A stretch of 64,000 nucleotides of DNA from contig CAXXFK010000015.1 in the NCBI GenBank assembly GCA_963663965.2, forward strand, positions 224,001-288,000. The letters are read 5' to 3'. This DNA is from Sedimentisphaerales bacterium. GTDB taxonomy: Bacteria > Planctomycetota > Phycisphaerae > Sedimentisphaerales > SM23-30. This document shows positions 58,266-64,000 of this stretch, piece after piece (position 1 is the first letter of the stretch; the number at the start of each line of letters is the position of its first letter). The notes below the pieces were generated by a model that worked only from the letters and a program-made list of their open reading frames with translations, had not been told where the DNA came from and searched no databases. Position numbers and translations under genes: made by a program.

Positions 58266-58297
58266 GGGCGGTGTATCTTTCCGGATACGCCGCCTTT
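58266..58297 (+). terminator. Intrinsic terminator
   Basis: GGCGG.GTATC/GATAC.CCGCC stem followed by pyrimidine tract. Confidence 0.6.
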
Positions 58298-58336
58298 CTC
58301 TTTTTATCATAATACTTCTTTCAGGGAGTGCTTTTC

Positions 58337-59647
58337 ATGAGTCGTTCTAAGCAACCCAATCGTCGCCAGTTTATTCAGGGTCTGGCTGGCTCGGCAATAG
58401 CCGCGGCTTTATTTCCAACCGTTTTGCCTTCCAAAGTGATAGCGGCGGGCCCCCGGCTCCCCAGTAACAAAATCGTCATGGGGGCTATCGGCTGTGGCTC
58501 AATGGGGTGCGGTGATATTAATGGATTAACCAGCAAATCTCAGGTCTATATGGTTGCCTTGTGCGATGTAGATTCAAATCACGCGGCCGAAGCAAAAAAA
58601 ATCGTCGATAATCGCAACAAGAACCAGGACAGCCGTATCTATAAAGATTACCGTGAAATGCTGGCCGTCGAAAAACTGGACGCCATCTGCCACGCCCTGC
58701 CCGACCATTGGCACGGCATTATCTCGGTTGCATGCGCCCGGGCAGGTTGTGATATCTACGGTCAGAAACCTCTGGCACGGACAATTGAAGAAGGCCGGGC
58801 AATCTGTAACGCCGTTAAACACTATGGTCGCATCTGGCAAACCGGCAGTTGGCAACGCTCCGTAGAAAACTTTCGCAAAGCCAGCGAATTAGTGATAAAC
58901 AGTCGCATCGGCACAGTAAAATATGTCGAGGTAGGATTACCCGATGGCGGCGGAAGTGGGAATTTTCAGCAAAAATCTATTCCAGACAATCTCGATTATA
59001 ATATGTGGCTGGGACCCGCTCCCTGGCGGCCCTATACTGGTTTTGGTAACGGCACCATCCACTGGGACTGGCGCTGGATAATGGATTATAGCGGTGGACA
59101 ACTCACCGACTGGGCAGGACATCATATCGATATCGCACATTGGGGCCTGGGACTCGATTATGCCGGACCAGTCGAAATCGAAGGAGTCGGCGAATATCCC
59201 AAGGATGGCACCTATAACGTTCCCACGAAATACAAATGCCGTTGCAAGTATGCCAACGGAGTGGAAATGGTGGTCGCCAATGCGTCCCAAAGCCCGCGCG
59301 GGATGGGAACGTGCTGGTACGGAGATAAAGGATGGATCCATGTCAGCCGTGGCGGATTATGGGCTTCTGACGACAGGATCCTTCAGGAACGTATCGCTCC
59401 CAGCGAAATCCAGCTCTACCAGAGCAAAGATCATTATCAGAATTTCCTTGATTGCATAATCACCCGTCAGGAAACGATTACTCCGGCTGAAATCGCCCAT
59501 CGCTCCATCAGTGTCGGATTACTTTGTGAAATCGCTATGCTGACGGGAAGAAAGTTGAACTGGGATCCGCAAAAGGAACGCTTCATCAACGATCCTCAGG
59601 CGGACAATTATCTCAGGCGCACTTTCCGAAGTCCCTGGCATCTATAA
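58337..59647 (+). CDS. Tat-exported Gfo/Idh/MocA oxidoreductase
   Basis: NRRQFI twin-arginine signal, IG.G..G, PDHWH, QKP, DW..HH.D. Confidence 0.9.
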   Translation: MSRSKQPNRRQFIQGLAGSAIAAALFPTVLPSKVIAAGPRLPSNKIVMGAIGCGSMGCGDINGLTSKSQVYMVALCDVDSNHAAEAKKIVDNRNKNQDSRIYKDYREMLAVEKLDAICHALPDHWHGIISVACARAGCDIYGQKPLARTIEEGRAICNAVKHYGRIWQTGSWQRSVENFRKASELVINSRIGTVKYVEVGLPDGGGSGNFQQKSIPDNLDYNMWLGPAPWRPYTGFGNGTIHWDWRWIMDYSGGQLTDWAGHHIDIAHWGLGLDYAGPVEIEGVGEYPKDGTYNVPTKYKCRCKYANGVEMVVANASQSPRGMGTCWYGDKGWIHVSRGGLWASDDRILQERIAPSEIQLYQSKDHYQNFLDCIITRQETITPAEIAHRSISVGLLCEIAMLTGRKLNWDPQKERFINDPQADNYLRRTFRSPWHL

Positions 59648-59696
59648 ATAGAATCATATGAGATTAAATACATCAATTTATTGAAAGGCTGGCAAA

Positions 59697-62501
59697 ATGA
59701 GTACCTTTAAAAACAAAGCCGTTCTTTTCGTCATCCTCAGTGCTTTGACGATGTTATCCGCTGGCCGCTTACCAGCCCAGAACATCAATCCTCAGCATCT
59801 CGATAACATCCGTAACGCGATGCCCGATAAATCGCCGGTTAATCCTCAGAAACCGCGCATGGTGCTGTCCTTTGACCTGAGTAAAGGCTTTCAGCACGGC
59901 TCGATTCCCTACTGTGCGGCCATGCTCGATATCATGGCGGAAAAAACCGGCGCCTTTAAGGTGACTCATAGCGAAGACATGAATGTATTCCGTGCTGAAA
60001 ATCTGGCAAAATACGATGCCGTCATATTCAACAATACGACCCGGTTGCAAATGGATGACCCGGCCCAGCGCAAAGGTCTGATGGACTTTATCAATAGCGG
60101 CAAAGGGATCATCGGTATCCACGCGGCCACCGATAATTTTTATACCTGGCCGGAAGCGGCCGAAATGATGGGAGGCCAGTTCGATGGTCATCCCTGGGTA
60201 GGCGGCGGTACCTGGGCGGTGCAGATCGACAAGCCGGACCACCCTTTCAACAAATCCTTTGCCGGCAAGGGCTTCAAGATCAAAGAAGAACTGTACCGCA
60301 GCAAAGGCTATTCCCGCACGCGCGTTCAGGTTCTGGTTGGACTGGACTTCAGCGATGAAGCAACCGCCCAGGCGGATGGCAGACGTCCTACGGATAAGGA
60401 TGTCGCGATCAGTTGGATCCGTAATTATGGCAAAGGCAGGGTGTTCTATTGCTCATTCGGACATAACTCTGAAATCTACTGGAACAAAGCCATTCTGGCA
60501 CATTACCTGGCCGGCATTCAGTTTGCCCTGGGCGATTATGCCATCGATGCAACCGCCGATGTGCCGCGCACCCTGAAGCAGATTGCCCAATACCAAGAAG
60601 GCCAGAGCCGGGCCGCTCAATATGAATTGGAAACCTATATTCGCTATATCACTGGTTTGCCCGAAGAAATGAAGGCTTACGAACAGGAAATGCTCAAAAC
60701 TCTGGCCGGACCTATCACCCCCGAAGGCCGCGATGTAATCTGTCGCATGCTTAGCCTGATTGGCAGTGAAGCGTCTGTAGACGCTTTGGGGACTCTGCTG
60801 CTAGACCCGCAAACCAGCGACGTTGCCCGCTATGCGCTTGAGCGTATCGAAGGCGAACGGGTCAACTCACTGTTCCTTTCCGGCTTGAATCAAGCGCCGG
60901 ATAGCGTCAAAATTGGTATTATCAACTCACTGGGCGTACGTCGTTGCGAAAAAGCCGTCTCCCAGATAGCGCCTCTGATGAGCAAGGATAACAATCAAAT
61001 AAAAACGGCGGTAATCGAAGCCCTCGGTACCATCGGCAACCAGCAAGCGATTGACATCCTGAAAAAACAAAATGTGTCTTCAGACACGAATACCTTGCTG
61101 ATTCAGGATGCCTTAATTCGCGCCGCTGACGCCCAGACTTCATCAGGCAAAACCGATGTGGCAAGCGGCATATACCGAGAACTGGTTAAATCTACCCTTC
61201 CTTCTATTCGTTGCGCCTCATTGAAAGGACTGGCTCAAGTTGATAAAGATTCGGTCTCTTTGATTACCAACGCCTTGTCTGATCCCGATCCCTCAGTCAT
61301 CTCCGTGGCGATCACATTAAGCCGTTCAGTATCCAGCCCATCCATGACTCAGGCCCTGGTGGCGGCCTTGGGTAAAGTCGATCCCCTGTTCCAGGTCCAG
61401 ATCCTGGCGGCTTTGTCCGATCGTGGCGATAAATCCGCGTTGCCGGCCGTTTCAGATGTGGCGCGCACCGCGGAAGGCGATGTCAAAATCCAGGCGATTC
61501 GCGCTCTGGAAAAGCTTGGCAATGCATCCATCGTACCCATGCTGGCGGATATGGCCGCCAAAGGGGCTCCGCAATATCGCGGTATCGTTTCTGAAACGTT
61601 AATCCGGATTCCCGGTCCGAATATCAATCCTGCGATCGTTAACTTGCTTGAGAACGCTGATGACAACGTTAAAGTGGTATTGATTCGCGCCCTGGCTGAT
61701 CGTCTGGTTGACAACGCGGTCCCCCACCTGCTCAGGGAAACCGCGAGCAATAATGCCTCTGTGGCATCAGAAGCCTTTAAAGCGTTGAAAGTTCTTGCCA
61801 AACCGGACCATCTACCCTTGATCATCGGGCGGATGGTCCAGACCCGGTCAAATAACGTCCGCGATGAAGCCGGACGGACAGTAGCATCCTTATCCGGTAA
61901 TAGCTGTTCAGATGTTTTAAAAGCCTGGGCTCAGAATCCTTCCCCTGAAGTCAAATGCTCATTAATTAAGGTACTCGGATTAATTGGATCCAATCAGGGC
62001 TTACCGACCTTACAAGCGGCGCTGAATGACTCCAATAATAACATCCAGATTGAAGCGATTAGAGCGCTAAGTTCCTGGCCTGATGCCTCGCCACTCGGTG
62101 ATTTGCTCAAAATTGTTGATAGTTCCAGCAACAATACCGCGGTCATCCTGGCCATACGGGGCGCGGCCGGACTTCTGGTAAAAGACAACAATAAAAGTCC
62201 ACAGGAAAAAGTCGATCTCTATCGCAAGCTTTTTGATAAGACCGATAACAACGATACTCGAAAACAGATCCTAGGAAGCCTGGGCACAATTGGGCATACC
62301 AGCGGCCTCGAGATGGCCTGTGCCTGTCTTGATGATGCCAATTTGCAATCAGAAGCTGCTCAAGCCGTTATTGATATAGCGGATCGTGTCCGCGGCCAGA
62401 ATGGCAATGAAGCAAAAAATGCTTTAAACCTTGTAATTTCTAAGATTAATAACGATAATCTCAGAAATAAAGCCAAAGATGTGCTAAACAAAATCAAGTA
62501 A
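59697..62501 (+). CDS. Exported ThuA-like domain protein with HEAT repeats
   Basis: Signal peptide; GF.H.SIP, G.HAA, GG.F.GHP, GRVFY...GH; C-terminal HEAT/PBS-like repeats. Confidence 0.85.
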   Translation: MSTFKNKAVLFVILSALTMLSAGRLPAQNINPQHLDNIRNAMPDKSPVNPQKPRMVLSFDLSKGFQHGSIPYCAAMLDIMAEKTGAFKVTHSEDMNVFRAENLAKYDAVIFNNTTRLQMDDPAQRKGLMDFINSGKGIIGIHAATDNFYTWPEAAEMMGGQFDGHPWVGGGTWAVQIDKPDHPFNKSFAGKGFKIKEELYRSKGYSRTRVQVLVGLDFSDEATAQADGRRPTDKDVAISWIRNYGKGRVFYCSFGHNSEIYWNKAILAHYLAGIQFALGDYAIDATADVPRTLKQIAQYQEGQSRAAQYELETYIRYITGLPEEMKAYEQEMLKTLAGPITPEGRDVICRMLSLIGSEASVDALGTLLLDPQTSDVARYALERIEGERVNSLFLSGLNQAPDSVKIGIINSLGVRRCEKAVSQIAPLMSKDNNQIKTAVIEALGTIGNQQAIDILKKQNVSSDTNTLLIQDALIRAADAQTSSGKTDVASGIYRELVKSTLPSIRCASLKGLAQVDKDSVSLITNALSDPDPSVISVAITLSRSVSSPSMTQALVAALGKVDPLFQVQILAALSDRGDKSALPAVSDVARTAEGDVKIQAIRALEKLGNASIVPMLADMAAKGAPQYRGIVSETLIRIPGPNINPAIVNLLENADDNVKVVLIRALADRLVDNAVPHLLRETASNNASVASEAFKALKVLAKPDHLPLIIGRMVQTRSNNVRDEAGRTVASLSGNSCSDVLKAWAQNPSPEVKCSLIKVLGLIGSNQGLPTLQAALNDSNNNIQIEAIRALSSWPDASPLGDLLKIVDSSSNNTAVILAIRGAAGLLVKDNNKSPQEKVDLYRKLFDKTDNNDTRKQILGSLGTIGHTSGLEMACACLDDANLQSEAAQAVIDIADRVRGQNGNEAKNALNLVISKINNDNLRNKAKDVLNKIK

Positions 62502-62534
62502 CCCGTTCAATTAATTTCTTGGAGATTTTATCTG

Positions 62535-63875
62535 ATGAATTTTGACACCATGGATCGTAGATCGTTTTTACAGGGTACCGCTGCGTTGGGCGCGGGACTC
62601 ATGCTGGGACAGACCGCTACAGGGCAAAGTAATTCTGATACCATCAACATTGCTCTGCTCGGTGCCGGCGCTCAAGGCAAAGTTTTAATGAATGCCATCT
62701 TAAATATGAAAAATCCCAATATCCGTTTCCAGGCTGTCTGCGATATTTGGAAAGATTATAATCTTAAACTGGTCAGCGCCACCTTGAAAGCTTACAAACA
62801 TAAAGCCACTCCTTATACTGACTACCAGGAAATGCTTGATAAGGAGGAACTGGACGCCGTAATCATCGCTACTCCGGACTTCTGGCATGCAGAACACGCC
62901 ATCGCTTGCTTGAACAAGAAACTGCATGTCTATTGCGAAAAGGAAATGAGCAACAGTCTCGAAAAAGCCAAAGAGATGGTGCTTGCTTCACGCAGCAATG
63001 AGAGGCTCCTCCAGATCGGTCACCAGCGCCGTAGTAATCCGCGCTATCGTTTCTGCTATGATAACATCATTAAAGAAGCTAAAATGCTTGGCCATATCAC
63101 CACGATTAATGGCCAGTGGAACCGTAGCCGTCAAGCCTGCGTCGATATCGAACTGAATCCAAAACTGGCCTCTATCGCCATTGATGAAGCGACCCTTAAC
63201 AAGTACGGCTTCAAATCCATGAAACAATACCTTAACTGGCGCTGGTACAAAGGTCTGGGCGGTGGTCCGATTGTTGACCTGGGTTCCCACCAGATCGATA
63301 TCTATGCCTGGTTCCTCGATGCACAACCTCGCTCTGTAATGGCCAGTGGGGGCACCGATTACTGGACCGATCATGAATGGTACGACAACGTAATTGCTAT
63401 CTATGAATTCCCCACCAAAGAAGGTATTGTTCGCGCGTCCTACCAGACCATTACCACCAATAGCGCCGGCGGCTACTTTGAGCAATTCATGGGGGATGAA
63501 GGCACCTTGGAGATTTCTGAAGCTGCCGCTCGCGGTAATGTATACCGGGAAGCCAGTGTGCCAGAAGATAATTGGAAACCCTGGGTCGCCAAAGGTTTTG
63601 TCAACCAACCCGTTAAAGTTGAAAAAATCGAAGCCGTCAAAGGTGAAGATTCCCGTAGTTCACCGAAACCCCAGCCTTACACCTTACCCATTACGCTGGA
63701 CAAACCCTTCCACCAACCGCACCTGGAAAACTTCTTCGATGCCATCCATGGTAAAGCCAAACTCAACTGCCCCGGTGAAATCGGCTACGAAACCGCTGCC
63801 ATGGTCCTCAAAGTCAATGAAGCGGTGGCCAAAGGGTGTAAACTGGATTTTAAACCCGATGAATTCCATGTATAA
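62535..63875 (+). CDS. Tat-exported Gfo/Idh/MocA oxidoreductase
   Basis: DRRSFL signal, G.G.QG, TPDFWH, CEK, QIGHQRRS, H..D. Confidence 0.9.
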   Translation: MNFDTMDRRSFLQGTAALGAGLMLGQTATGQSNSDTINIALLGAGAQGKVLMNAILNMKNPNIRFQAVCDIWKDYNLKLVSATLKAYKHKATPYTDYQEMLDKEELDAVIIATPDFWHAEHAIACLNKKLHVYCEKEMSNSLEKAKEMVLASRSNERLLQIGHQRRSNPRYRFCYDNIIKEAKMLGHITTINGQWNRSRQACVDIELNPKLASIAIDEATLNKYGFKSMKQYLNWRWYKGLGGGPIVDLGSHQIDIYAWFLDAQPRSVMASGGTDYWTDHEWYDNVIAIYEFPTKEGIVRASYQTITTNSAGGYFEQFMGDEGTLEISEAAARGNVYREASVPEDNWKPWVAKGFVNQPVKVEKIEAVKGEDSRSSPKPQPYTLPITLDKPFHQPHLENFFDAIHGKAKLNCPGEIGYETAAMVLKVNEAVAKGCKLDFKPDEFHV

Positions 63876-63898
63876 TCTCTTGTAATTTAATTTGTTAC

Positions 63899-63929
63899 AG
63901 AGGGCAGGCCCTGTCTGCCCTCTTTTTTT
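63899..63929 (+). terminator. Intrinsic terminator
   Basis: AGAGGGCAG/CTGCCCTCT stem plus T tract. Confidence 0.75.
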
Positions 63930-64000
63930 ACTCAGTATTTTATTTTTATTGATAACAATAAGAGGTTATCATTATAATCCCTTGTTCTGTCAGGAATTAT

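Overview
The window has two parts. Bases 1-~36470 are the integrase-proximal ~36 kb of a temperate tailed prophage that continues beyond base 1. Every credible phage gene is on the minus strand, and the element sits at the 3' end of a host tRNA-Gly(CCC) (36475-36546). In transcription order it carries a tyrosine integrase, an operator/HTH/excisionase region, a small-RNA cluster (tRNA-Thr, tRNA-Met and a 145-nt tRNA-like RNA whose anticodon arm is replaced), a replication module (SNF2 helicase, RepB-like primase, UvrD-like helicase), nucleotide-metabolism and accessory genes, an origin-like inverted-repeat/iteron region beside a lambda cosQ-like motif, a ParB / GREB1-TAGT-like glycosyltransferase / AAA+-VWA / MgsA-C block, and lambda-like terminase, portal, protease-capsid fusion and tail genes. 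Three prophage genes are frameshifted at short homopolymers. Bases ~36660-64000 are host chromosome, probably Planctomycetota/Phycisphaerae (inferred from gene content): a ROK-linked hexuronate operon (pfk-like, SDR, HAD, LarA-family epimerase, gnd, uxaC), an attenuated trpE(G)-trpD-trpF-nadD operon, thpR, pyrK-pyrD, and an AraC-linked Gfo/Idh/MocA / TIM-barrel / ThuA-HEAT sugar cluster. The most unusual signal is the tRNA-scaffolded RNA, which displays the same ACACACCA(C) motif found in five phage 5' leaders. All protein family calls come from motif recognition by eye, not database searches.
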